A stretch of 63,870 nucleotides of DNA, filler included, from Malassezia furfur (lineage: Eukaryota): the NCBI GenBank assembly GCA_052055015.1. It is 49 parts of 49 records of this genome, joined end to end, with 100 filler letters (N's around TTAATTAATTAA, not from the genome) between each part and the next. Parts side by side here need not be neighbours in the genome. Positions count along the whole stretch, not along the records: positions 47,443 to 48,627 come from JBQJIT010001258.1; positions 48,728 to 49,911 come from JBQJIT010001259.1; positions 50,012 to 51,191 come from JBQJIT010001260.1; positions 51,292 to 52,471 come from JBQJIT010001261.1; positions 52,572 to 53,750 come from JBQJIT010001262.1; positions 53,851 to 55,026 come from JBQJIT010001263.1; positions 55,127 to 56,298 come from JBQJIT010001264.1; positions 56,399 to 57,563 come from JBQJIT010001265.1; 41 more parts are not named here. One strand, 5' to 3'. Below are positions 47,443 to 58,928 of this stretch, piece by piece. The translations under genes and the position numbers were made by a program. The notes beneath the pieces were generated by a model. That model saw only the letters and a list, made by a program, of their open reading frames with translations, had not been told where the DNA came from and searched no databases. Every line of letters starts with the position of its first letter. Position 1 is the first letter of the stretch.

Positions 47443-48566
47443 CGCTCTGGCGCCTGCTCCTCGTGCACCACCCCGGCTGGGGCGTGCGGTGGGACCGACT
47501 CGCACGCGCGCCGCTCAGCGTGCGCACCGCATGGCGTGCACTGTACATGGACCGCTACGAGCTGGACCGCCGGTGGATGGCGCTGCAGACGCTGCGGCGC
47601 GCCGGCGCGCCGCCTGCCGCGTTCCGCCCGGCGATCGTGCGCCTGCGTGGCCACACAGATAGCGTGTATGCGTGCTGCATCGACGCCGCACACGGCACGG
47701 GCGGCACGGGCTACATCGTGAGTGGCTCGCGCGACCGCACGATCCGTGTGTGGGACGCCGCGACCGCGGCGTGCGTCGCGACGCTGCACGGGCACGGCGG
47801 GAGCGTCGTGTGCCTCGCGCACGACGACGGCGTGCTTGTGAGCGGCAGCTCGGACGCGACCGCGCGCGTGTGGCGTCGCGGCGGTCCGGGCGCGCCGCAC
47901 TACGTCCTGGCGCACGTCCTGCGCGGGCACTCGGCCGGCGTGCTGGACGTGGCGTTCGATGCGCACTACATCGTGACCGCGAGCCGCGACACGACCGTGC
48001 GTGTGTGGCGGCGCGACGACGCGCGCCTCGTGCATGTCTACGACGCGCACCGCGGCTCGGTGAATGCGTGCAGTGTGCGCGACGGCCTCGTGGCGACCGG
48101 CGCCGGCGACGGGAGCATCTATGTGTGGCGCATCGCCACGGGCGAGACGGTGTGCGCGGTGCGCGAGCCGCGGTGCGGCGTCGCGTCCATCGTGCTCGCG
48201 GGCGCGTGGCTCGTCGCGGGGAGCAGCGACCACACCGTGCGCGTGTGGTGCGTCGCGACGGGTGCGTGCGTCGGTGCGTTTGCGGCGCACACCAAGCTCG
48301 TGCGTGCGCTGGCGTACGACGCGGCGCGGCAGCTGCTGGTGAGCGGCGGGTGGGACCGCACGACGCGTGTGTGGGACGTGGCGCGGTTCGGCGAGCCGTG
48401 TGCGCCCGGCACCGCGCCGCCGCTCGTCGTGCGCCTCGGCATGCACCAGGCGCGCATCTTTGACGTCGCGGTCGACACGACGCGCGTGCTGAGCGCGTGC
48501 GAGGACGGCACGGTGTGGGTCGCCGACTTTGGGCACCAGGGCCTGGCGAGCGACCTGTTTGCGTAG
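47443..48566 (+). CDS. WD40-repeat protein of F-box/WD type (beta-TrCP/Met30-like), 3' part
   Basis: WRALY..RYELDRRW, then about seven WD repeats (GHTDSVY, VSGSRDRTIRVWD). Confidence 0.85.
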
Positions 48567-48727
48567 AGAACGGCGCGGTGCGGTGCGGCGCCGCGCCGCG
48601 GCGTGTAGTGCCGCGCAAGCGCGGCGTNNNNNNNNNNNNNNNNNNNNNNNNNNNNNNNNNNNNNNNNNNNNTTAATTAATTAANNNNNNNNNNNNNNNNN
48701 NNNNNNNNNNNNNNNNNNNNNNNNNNN

Positions 48728-49809
48728 CGCTGGGGGCTGGGCGCGAGCGAAAGCATCGTGCCGGGGTGCGCGTGCGACGCGAAGCCGGCGCGAGCGCTGC
48801 GCGGCGGCTTGGCGTCGGCGGCGACGCCGGCGGCACGCTCGTAGCAGTCGTCGCACACCCAGTCGTGCGCGCCGAGCTGGTCGACGTGGCACACGCCGAC
48901 GCACGCGAGGTGCAGCCAGCGCGAGCAGCCGTCGCACTGCACCATGTCCATGTGGGGGTCGGTGAAGCCGCAGCGGCAGCCCATCACGGGCGCAATGCCG
49001 CGCGCCGTGAGCGCATGCGCAGTGTGCGCCATGCGGCGGCGCAGGCGGCGCTTGGGGCCGGCGGCCGACTCTGCGCCGGGGCGCGGGCCACGGCGGCCGT
49101 CTGCACCGATCCACCAGTCCTTGCGCGAGGTGTGCCGCATACGCCGCACGCGGTGCCGGCGGCACTGGTCGCGCAGGAGCTTGGCGACCATAGGGTGGTG
49201 GTAGGTTTCGTTGGCGGCGGACGCCGGCGCATCCTCGTCGGCGTCGTCGTCCGAGTCGCTCAGCGATGCACGCGCGAGCCAGCGCGCAATCTGGTGCCGG
49301 CGCTGCGCCGTGTGCCGCGCGGCGGCTTCGTACGTGCCGCTCCACGCATTGTGCGGCGAGTCGGGCCACGCCGGGCGCGCGGGCAGCGCAGAGGTCGACT
49401 CGGCGTGCGCTGCGCCGCGCGCGGCGTCCGTGTGTGGCGCGCCAAGGAGCAGCGGGGGCATCACAACGCGCCCCAGCCCCTCGATGTCCACCGGACACAG
49501 CGCGGCGCCGGGACGCTGCGGCGCGGCGTCGGGGTGCGACACGTGTGTCATCGGATCGATGCGCGCGAGGGGCTTGCACAGCCCGTGGAGCGGCGAGAGC
49601 GGCGGCGAGGGCGGCGCGCCGGCGTGCTCGCTACGCATCGCAGGCTGAGCGCGCCCGTGGGAAGAACGCAAAACGTACTGCGTGCGCCCCCAAGTCCCCC
49701 GCGACGACGACGGCGACGACGACGGCGAGGCGACGACGGGCGCCGGCGCGCGCGCGCGCGACTTGCGCGGCGTCGAGAAGGGGCCCGGCGCGAACGACGG
49801 CTCGGGCAT
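48728..49809 (-). CDS. PHD-finger protein
   Basis: CRCG...MVQCDGCSRWLHLACVG...WVCDDC. Confidence 0.75.
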
Positions 49810-50054
49810 CGAGGCAAGCGCTGTGTCAGGCGGCCGGCGGGAGCGAGCAAACCGCGCGTGGCAGCCGCGCGGTGGAGGCGCCCCCGCACGCGGGTCCGGT
49901 GCGGCGGCCACNNNNNNNNNNNNNNNNNNNNNNNNNNNNNNNNNNNNNNNNNNNNTTAATTAATTAANNNNNNNNNNNNNNNNNNNNNNNNNNNNNNNNN
50001 NNNNNNNNNNNCTTAGTCAGCGCACGCGCCCCCCACGGGCTGCCACGATCCGCC

Positions 50055-51191
50055 ATGCGGCGTGCGTTGCTTGCGATGGCGCTCGCCTGGGCCACGGCGG
50101 CCGTGCTCGCCGTGCGCCCAAACGACTTCAAGGCGTGCAAGGACACTTCGCTCTGTCGCCGGTTCCGCGCGATCGCGGAGCACGTCGAGGCGACCGACGC
50201 ACCGTCGCCGTACGCGCTCGGCGACACCGCCCAAAAGGACCAGGGCGGCGCGCGGCTGCGCTGGCCGGTGCACAGCGCGCTGTACCCGAATGTGTCGTTT
50301 GAGCTGTCGCTCACACTCTTTGACGACGGCAACGCGCGCGTGCAGATGGACGAGGTCGGCGAGCGCTACAACCAGTGGAAGCGCTACGACCAGACGGCGA
50401 TGTGGACCATCGCCGAGATGCCCGCCCTCGCGACGGACGCCGTCGCGACGTACGACCCCAAGACGCACACCACGACGGTGCGCTGGAGCGCGCGCGACAA
50501 CGAGGCCGTGCTCGAGCACGAGCCGCTGCGCGTGCGCTTTGTGCGCGACGGCGTTCCGCAGGTGCTGCTGAACGACCGCGCGCTGCTCCACATGGAGCAC
50601 TTCCGCCCGAAGCCCGAGCCGTTCCCCCGCCCCAAGGAGGAGGGCGACGCGAAGGCCTCGCTCGCGTTCCAGCAGCGCGCGCAGGAAATCGCCGCGCACC
50701 ACGGCCGGCGCACGCCGCCGTCGCACGCGGCGATCGAGGCGTGGGCTGCGTTCGAGAAGGAGGACCACGGCGAGTGGGAAGAGACGTGGTCGCGCGTGCA
50801 GGACTCCAAGCCCAAGGGCCCCGAGGGCATCGGTCTGGACGTGTCGTTCCCCGGCTACGAGACGCTGTACGGCCTGCCCGAGCACGCGTCGCCGCTCTCG
50901 CTGCGCTCGACGCGCGCGCCGCCGAACAGCACCGGCGACGCCGCCGAGCCGGGGCGCTACTCGGACCCGTACCGGCTGATGAACACCGACGTGTTTGAGT
51001 ACGAGTACGACTCGCCGATGGCGCTGTACGGCAGCGCCCCGGTGATCCACGCACAGAGCAAGGGCAGCGCGGTGAGTGTGCTGTGGCTCAACGCCGCCGA
51101 GACGTGGGTCGACGTGCACAAGACGACGCGGCGCCCCGGCCCGGCGCCGGCGCGCGGCAAGCCGACGGACGCGTCGCGCATCGACGCCGCG
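50055..51191 (+). CDS. ROT2: ER glucosidase II alpha subunit (GH31), 5' part
   Basis: Signal peptide, FKAC....CRR, WEE.W....DSKPKGPE, YGLPEHA, PYRLMNTDVFEY. Confidence 0.93.
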
Positions 51192-51291
51192 NNNNNNNNN
51201 NNNNNNNNNNNNNNNNNNNNNNNNNNNNNNNNNNNTTAATTAATTAANNNNNNNNNNNNNNNNNNNNNNNNNNNNNNNNNNNNNNNNNNNN

Positions 51292-52471
51292 CACAGCAGC
51301 GCACGCCGGCCGCGCGCGATGACGCCCAGCGCGCCCTTGACGCCGCCCAGCGCGCCCGCGTGCGACGAGACGCGCGCGTTCTGCAGGTAGCTCTGGTACG
51401 TCGCGAGCTGCGCGAGGAGGTCGGCGTGCTGCGCCTCCAGCGCCGCCAGCACCCCGCGCAGGCTGTGCAGCTCGCGCGCGACCTCCTCCTGCGCGTCGCC
51501 GAGCAGCGCCAGCTCGGCGTGCACCTCGTCGGCGAGCGGCGCCCAGGTCGCCGCATTGACCGCGCCCATCTCGACGAGCTCCAGCACGAGCGCATGCGCG
51601 CGCGCCGCCTGCGGCTGGAGCGGCGCCGACGGCGACGCGGCGATGGCCGCGACGGCGTCCGCGAGGCGCCCAACAGGCGCCGCGCCGGGCGTGCGGAGCA
51701 GCTTGACGAGCGCCGACTTGGCCTCGATGTACAGCACGTCGCGCGGCGTCATGTGGTGCTCGTCCAGGAGCGCACGCGCCCCGTTGCGCACCGCCGTCTC
51801 CCACCGGCTGTACAGCGGCAGCTCCACCGTGGCGTCGTCGGCGCGCGCGACCGGCGCGGGCGCCGCCCCGAGCTCGTGCACCAGCGTGCGCAGGCGGTCG
51901 TCGGGCGCGGGCGCGAGCGTGTCGAGGTGCTTGACGAGCAGCGCATGCATGCCGTACAGCTCGCTGAGCGCGATGTGGATCGCGGGGGGCTGGCGCGAGA
52001 GCGCGACGTACTGATCGACGTCGAGCGCGTCGGCAAAGTCGCCGACGTCCGCCAGCGCGTGCAGAAAGGTGCGCGCGCGCGCGCGGTGCGCGTCGAGGAA
52101 CGTGCGCAGCGGCGCGAGCGCAGGCTCCTTGTGCGCCGCCGGCTCGTTCACGAGGCTCTGCAGCGCCTTGGCGAGCAGCGTCAGCGCGCGGCGGACGTGC
52201 CCGGTCGGCGCGTGCTCCGCCAGGCAGCACGTATGCGGCGCGACGATCGCCGGGTTCACGTAGCGCAGGTAGAACACGGTGCCGAGCAGCGCACACGCCG
52301 CCTCGTCGCTGCACGCCGGCTCGCGGCGGCCCAGCGCCGCGCGCACCTGCTTGGCGATCCACCGGATCCCGTACGGGACGTGCGGCAGCGACGCCTCCAG
52401 GCTCGTCTGCACGTCGCCCGCCAGGCGGCACAGCGCCGCGCCGCGCGCCTGCACGACCGCCTGCACGGCCG
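51292..52471 (-). CDS. Ras GTPase-activating protein (Gap1/Sar1 type) fragment
   Basis: VPYGIRWIAKQ, FYLRYVNPAIVAP, RRALTLLAKALQ, LPLYSRWET. Confidence 0.85.
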
Positions 52472-52571
52472 NNNNNNNNNNNNNNNNNNNNNNNNNNNNN
52501 NNNNNNNNNNNNNNNTTAATTAATTAANNNNNNNNNNNNNNNNNNNNNNNNNNNNNNNNNNNNNNNNNNNN

Positions 52572-53750
52572 CGCGACGCAGACGTCGACGCGCGCCTCGC
52601 CGCGGAGCTGAGCAGCGTCGCGAGCGCGGACGTCGAGGAGAGCACCGCGGCGCTCAAGGCGGTGCAGGAGCAGCTGCGCGGCCTGCATCCGCTGCCCGCC
52701 GCGGCGCTCGACGCGGGCGTTGTGTGCGTCGTGGCGGCGCTGCACACCCCGCCGGCGGGCAGTGCGGCGCAGACGCAGCGGCACACCAAGCACGTGCTGC
52801 AAACCACGCTCGTCCTGCTCGACGCGCAGGACGCGGCGGCGAAGGCGCCGGTGCTCGACGAGGGCGCCTTCACCGCGCTGGCCACCGCGCTGCTCACGCG
52901 GCTCATGGACGCGTCCGCCGCCGAGGACGCCGACGCACAGACGCTCGCGAAGCACCTCAACGCCGTCGTGCTGCGTGCGCTGGCGACGAGCGACGCCAAC
53001 GTCGTGTACGCGTCGTGCTTCGGGCTGCTTGTGCGCCTCACCAAGGAGATGGACGCCCAGCGCGACGACGACACGGAGCGCACCGCGCGCCTCGCGGAGC
53101 TCGTCATCAAGTGCCTCTGGAAGGCGGCACGCAAGCTGCCCGACGCGCTGCGTGCGCAGCAGGTGCAGGGCGCACAGCTGCTCGCGACCATCGAGGACGT
53201 CCTGCAGGCCATCCCGCCGATCGAGTGGGGGCGCCGCGTGCAGCGCCAGGCGCCGCTCAAGGACATCCCGCTGATCACCGCCACAAACGTGCTCAAGCAG
53301 CTCATCGACACGGTCGGCGAGGAGGCGCTCACGATGCTCGATACCCTGCCGGACCCCGAGGGAAGCCACGTGTACCGCTACCTGCTGCGCCTGCTGTACG
53401 TGGACGAGGGCGCAAAGGCCGACGCCAAGGCGGCGCCCGCCGCCGAGTCGGAGCGCGCCGCGTCGCCCGCGCCCACGTCGCCGCCCGCCGCGCCCGAAGA
53501 CGATGTCGTGACGCTCGAGCTGCGCGGCATCTTTGACCGCATCTCGCAGAAGGACCAGTCGCGTGCGGCGATCCGCGAGCTGTACGAGTTCCAGAAACGG
53601 CATCCCGCGAAGCAGGGCGACATTGACCGCTCGCTGCAGAACACGGGCCCCATCTTCCAGCGGTACATCAAGCGCGCGCTCGCGAACCACGCCGCGGAGG
53701 ATGCACCGCGTCCCGCGCGCGCCTCGACCGCCGCGCCGCGCCGCGCGTCG
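52572..53750 (+). CDS. XMAP215/Stu2/Alp14 microtubule polymerase, C-terminal fragment
   Basis: ELVIKCLWK, IFDRISQKDQSRAAIRELYEFQKRHP, FQRYIKRAL. Confidence 0.82.
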
Positions 53751-53905
53751 NNNNNNNNNNNNNNNNNNNNNNNNNNNNNNNNNNNNNNNNNNNNTTAATT
53801 AATTAANNNNNNNNNNNNNNNNNNNNNNNNNNNNNNNNNNNNNNNNNNNNCATGCGCATGTACTCGCCCGACGTCAGGCACGTGTGGAACGCCGCAAAGA
53901 GCGCC

Positions 53906-55026
53906 GGGCGGCGGCGGCGCGGGCTTCGGGGGGACGACATAGGTAAACTGGCCCAGCGACACCCACTCGCTCGCGCGCTTGCGCAGCGTTGCGCCCAAGC
54001 CGTGCGCCAGCACCTTGAGGTCGCCGCGTGCCTCGGTGTGCACGAGGTGCGCCACACACGCCTGCAGCTGCTCGCCGTGCTTTTCGTAGAGCGGGAAGAA
54101 CTGCGAGACGCGGTTGAGCACGACGATGGCGTTGCGCATGCGCATGTACTCGCCCGACGTCAGGCACGTGTGGAACGCCGCAAAGAGCGCCTCGTGCCAC
54201 TCGAGCACGAGGCCACGGAACGCGTACCACGTCAGCGGCGCGCTCGACGCACGCGCGCGCGTGCCGCGCAGGCCGTCCCACGCGAGCGCAAAGCCAGGCA
54301 GGCCCCCGCCGAGCGCCTCGCGCTCGTACGTCTCGCGGCTCACGAGCCACGCATGCATATCGCCCAAAACCCCCGCAAGGAACCGCGCATAATTCCGCGC
54401 CTCGTTCTCGGTGGTGCTGAAGAGCGTCGGGGCGACGTGCTGCCGGAACAAACTGTCGTACACCGCGAGCGTCGACAGGTGGCGCGTGCCGTTCGCATGC
54501 AGCGTGCGCAGGAAGCGCGCGGCAAACATGGCATCGATCGGCGAGAGCAGCGCGCGGGGGCGCAGGCACGTGTCGATGAGCTGCTGCGCAATCCGCCCGG
54601 TGCTCGCCTCGGCGGCAAAGTAGTGCTGCGTCTCGTGCTGCAGGCGCCGGCGCGTCGCCTGGTGCGCAAGCGTCTGCTCCTTGAGCTCGTGCGTGAGCTG
54701 CGTGATGTTGTCCTGCAGACGCACGCGCGCCGACTTTTTCAGGCTCTCGCTCAGCTCCGTCGCGCCGTCGACGTCGCGCAGCCACTGGCGCAGGCGGCTG
54801 ATCTCCTGCTGGTAGCGGTCCATCGGCACCACAATGTCGCTCAGGCTCAGCTGCCAGAACGACACAAAGAAGGGCGCACCGAGCGTCGACAGCACGTCGT
54901 CGGGCAGGATGTGCGCCATCGCCTCGATCACCGGCACCAGCGCCGGCTGCCACACGCGCGCGGGCTCCGCGTCGGGCATCGCCTCGTCCGCGGCGTCGTC
55001 GGCGTGCGCCGAGGCGACCGCCGCGG
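53906..55026 (-). CDS. THO2: THO complex subunit Tho2 fragment
   Basis: FWQLSLSDIVVP..RY, CLRPRALLSPIDA, TENEARNYARFL, CL.SGEYMRMRNAIVVL. Confidence 0.9.
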
Positions 55027-55315
55027 NNNNNNNNNNNNNNNNNNNNNNNNNNNNNNNNNNNNNNNNNNNNTTAATTAATTAANNNNNNNNNNNNNNNNNN
55101 NNNNNNNNNNNNNNNNNNNNNNNNNNGTCTTGGCTTGTATCCTGTCATAGACATCTCCGCGATCGCCGCGGGCCGTAGCCTTAGGGCAACGAGGTATATG
55201 GCGATTCCATTTCCCTATAGCCTTATGTGCCATGGAATAATGATTGGCTCACTCCCCTACATGTCTAGTAGCCCGCCTTAGAACGCCGTCGGTTTGACTC
55301 ATGTTGGCTCTAACC

Positions 55316-56162
55316 TTAGGGAGCGTTCGTGTCCGAGTCGGTGGGATGCGAGCGTTTACGAGGCACACTTGACTCTCCACCAGCTTGCGACTGGGGCGTG
55401 AACTCAGGCACCTGGGGGTTGAGCGACGGGGCCTTCTCACTCGCCTCCGCGGTAGCGGCAGGCGCCTGGCTGCCCACCGACGCTTCGATCGCTTGGGACA
55501 GCGTCTGCAACTGACCCACAATGGATTCCAGCCCCTTGCGAGTGTCATCGCCAACCTTGGCATACGCCTCGTTTTCCTGTTGAAGTGTCGCGGCACGTTC
55601 TTGAAGCTGCTGGAGATTGCTGGGTGAGGGTATAGGTACATACGTCTCCATGACATCGCGGCTAGGGTATACAACAATTTTGCGCGCGATTTCATCGTAT
55701 TGCAGACGATTCTGACGCGTCTTTTGTGCAGCATGAAGCTCCGACTTGCGCTGTTCAATTAGTTCACGCTCGTGGTTGGCGCTGGCCCCTTAATGTTAGC
55801 CAGAGACATACGCAGTTTCTCCGCCTCTTCTTGGTACAACCGAATTTCTTCCTGTGCGGTTGACTGCGCCGTATCTTCCAACAGACGCAAATGGTCAAAA
55901 AAGAGATCGAGGTCTCCTTTCAGCAGAAGAAGAGTCGCATTACTTCGTAAGATGGGTACGCTTACTGCTCCTCTTCGTTTGTAGCATGTGCAATGGACGA
56001 AATACGTTTTGCGACGCGGCGCAAGTATTTCTCGTCGGTCGCTAGCCGCGCTTTGAGAACTTCGTCTGGGGATGTATTAACACTCCTGAACTCAAACGAT
56101 TCAAACACACCTTGCTCTGATCCGCTAAGTGGTGCGGCAGCGGCGGCCCCGGCGTCGGTCAT
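55316..56162 (-). CDS. THOC7: THO complex subunit Thoc7/Mft1, complete; introns 55943-55965, 55789-55811, 55620-55643
   Basis: DEVLKARLATDEKYLRRVAK, spliced AQKTRQNRLQYDEIARKIVVYPSR. Confidence 0.8.
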
Positions 56163-56490
56163 CACGACTAGGCCAAAGTGGAGGGCGTGCGGAGAGGCGC
56201 CGAGTGGGCCCCAAACGCAGCGACTAAGTACAGGAATCGCGAAATCGCATGGACATAGTTCAATTCACGGCTATGCCTGGCGCGAGAGGCGCGCTGCTNN
56301 NNNNNNNNNNNNNNNNNNNNNNNNNNNNNNNNNNNNNNNNNNTTAATTAATTAANNNNNNNNNNNNNNNNNNNNNNNNNNNNNNNNNNNNNNNNNNNNGC
56401 GCCGCGCGTGGGACGTGGCGGTGTGCGCGGTGGTGGTGCGTGCGGGGCGCATGCCGCGCGCCGCGCACGAGATTCATAGTGCCTAGCTTT

Positions 56491-57563
56491 CTACCAACGC
56501 GACGCAATGCGGCGGCCGCGCACGATCGGGTTCGACACGACGATGCTCATCAGGAGACCGACGATCGTCAGCACGAGCTGCAGCTTGTTGAACGTGGGCA
56601 CGAGCCGGTCGAACGGCCCCGAGGGCGCGGCCATCGTGTACATCCAGTCGAGGCCCACGCCGAGCACCATGGCGCTGCTTTCGAGCAGCGAGGGGTGCGA
56701 CTGCAGCGTGCGCACCTCGAGGATGCGGTACGCGGTGCGCGTCAGGTGCCACGCGGGCTCGTCGGGGATCTCGGGCGTGTAGGCAAAGAGTCCCTCGCTG
56801 GCGTCCGCCGGCGACGGCTTGCCGAGCGGGCGACGCGGGTCGAGCACCGTGCGGGGGATCAGCACGAGGTTGTCGCGGTCGGTCGCGACGACGAGGCCCT
56901 TGTTGGCCACGCCGAGCGCCGTGCGCGTCACGCCGGTGACGAGCACGCCGTACGGCAGCAAGAAGCTGCGCACGTACGCGTCGGGCGGCGCGTACGCCGC
57001 GACGCCGCCGGCCTTGTGTGCCGCGAAGCTCGAGGCGTGTGCCGCCGACGCCGCGTCGGGCGCGTACAGGTCGATGCTCACGAGGCGGCGCGTGTAGCCC
57101 GGGGTGGAGTCAAAGTACCACGGCGGCGCATTGCCCGTCGGCGGCGGCTGCGGCTCCGAGTGCTCCGCGGTCTGGTTCGTGGCGTACTGCACCGTGATCC
57201 AGTTCTCCGCCCACGTCGTGTGGAGGCCCTCGGCGATCGCCACGTGGGGCACGCGCAGGTGGAAGGCGAGCGCGCCGGTGACCGTGTCGAGCAGGTACAC
57301 GTCCGCGGCCTCGTCCGCGGCGGTGTAGGTGGTGATCACGCGGCCGTGCGGGTTGAGGTACTTGTACAGCACGCTGCGGTCGCCCACGACGCGCCCGGCG
57401 CTCGCCACGGCGTCGGCCGGCAGGTCGAGCATCGAGACGATCGCCTCGCCCGGGCGCAGCGCCCACCGCCACGTCGGCACGGCCTGCAGCAGCGCCGTCG
57501 AGGTGCGCCGCACCGCGTGGCCCTGCACGCCGTCGGCCTCCTGCACCGCGACGAACAGCTCCG
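56491..57563 (-). CDS. EMC1: ER membrane complex subunit EMC1, C-terminus
   Basis: GRVVGDRSVLYKYLNP, LDPRRP, PSLLESS, APSGPFDRL, terminal TM. Confidence 0.92.
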
Positions 57564-57663
57564 NNNNNNNNNNNNNNNNNNNNNNNNNNNNNNNNNNNNN
57601 NNNNNNNTTAATTAATTAANNNNNNNNNNNNNNNNNNNNNNNNNNNNNNNNNNNNNNNNNNNN

Positions 57664-58828
57664 GCGCACGGCGTGCACGGCGTGCGCGCCCGCGGCGTGC
57701 TCCTTGCGCGGGCACCACGCCAGCAGCGCCGCGAGCGTCGGCCAGAGGATCGTGCGCCGCCGGTGCGAGTCGGCCGCGGGCAGCAGCGCGTCAAACACGG
57801 CGCTCGCCCACTCGGCCTCGCACGGCGGCGCGGCGAGCAGCGCGCGACGCACCGCGACGCTCACCACCGGGAACAGCGCGCGCTTGCCGAGCGCCGCGAG
57901 CGCCGTCGCCGCGAGCGGCACCACCGCCGCCAGGTCCAGCGGCGCACACTCCATCAGCCGGATCTCGGCCGCGGCGCGCAGCTCGTCGTGCGTCGTCGGC
58001 GCACGCTGCAGCGCGCCGCGCACAATCGCCGTGACGTGCGCGGGGTGCGCCGTGCCTACGTAGTGCACAATCCGCGCCAGCGCGCGGTACAGAAACGCCG
58101 CGACGACGCGCGGCGGCGCATCGCTCTCGTCCGCGCGCGTCGTCCACACCACGTCGCACGCGCCGCGCGGCACGAGCTGGAAGTAGCCGTACGGACTCGC
58201 CTGCGCACACCGCACGCCCTCGTGCGCGTCCAGCAGCGCATACTCACACTCGCGCTCGCGCTGCGCCTCGGTGTCCTTCCAGCCAAAGTTGAACGCGCGC
58301 GTGCGGTCCGCGTCCGCGGGCGGCGACTGCGCGGGCGCCGCGGTCTCTGCGCCGCTCAGCGGCAGCGCACACGCCTCGAACAGGAGCAGCGGCTCCATCA
58401 GGCTCAGCACCGTGTCGAGCAGGTGCGCGACCAGCGCGTCGGGCAGCAGCGGCGGCGCCCGCGCCTGCCGCGACGTACCGCGCGAGGCACACGTCCAGCA
58501 CACGCACGAGACACAGCAGGCGGTACAGCTGGTGGCCCGCCTGCGCATGGTCGAGCGTCGGCGGCTGCGGTCAGCCGCGGCGCACAGCAGGCAACGTACC
58601 ACTTCAAACAGTTCAATCACGCTCAGACACTCGTACACCACCACGGCGCTGTCGTGTGCGCTCTCTTCGATCAGCACCTGCAGCGACGTCTCGGACTCGG
58701 CGTCGGCGAGCGACGCAAACGACGCGGCCATGACGCTGGCCAGCAGCTGCCGCACACACCGCCGCACCGTCTCACTCTGGCTCGTCGTCGCTGGCACGAA
58801 CCGACCGGGGCTCGCGTGCGCCGGCGCA
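57664..58828 (-). CDS. Neurofibromin/Ira-type RasGAP N-terminal fragment; 35-nt intron 58565-58599; frame break near 58470
   Basis: FDALLPAADSHRRRTILWPTLAALLAWCP resembles NF1 LFDLVDGFAESTKRKAAVWPLQIILLILCP. Confidence 0.65.
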
Positions 58829-58928
58829 NNNNNNNNNNNNNNNNNNNNNNNNNNNNNNNNNNNNNNNNNNNNTTAATTAATTAANNNNNNNNNNNNNNNN
58901 NNNNNNNNNNNNNNNNNNNNNNNNNNNN

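Noticed and set aside
53851..56298. THO2 next to THOC7 as a gene cluster
   Set aside because: Separate contigs adjacent only by length rank (1176 vs 1172 nt) and of different composition.
58465..58478. Record-short 14-nt intron GTACGTCGCGGCAG
   Set aside because: No branch motif, and removal does not restore the frame.
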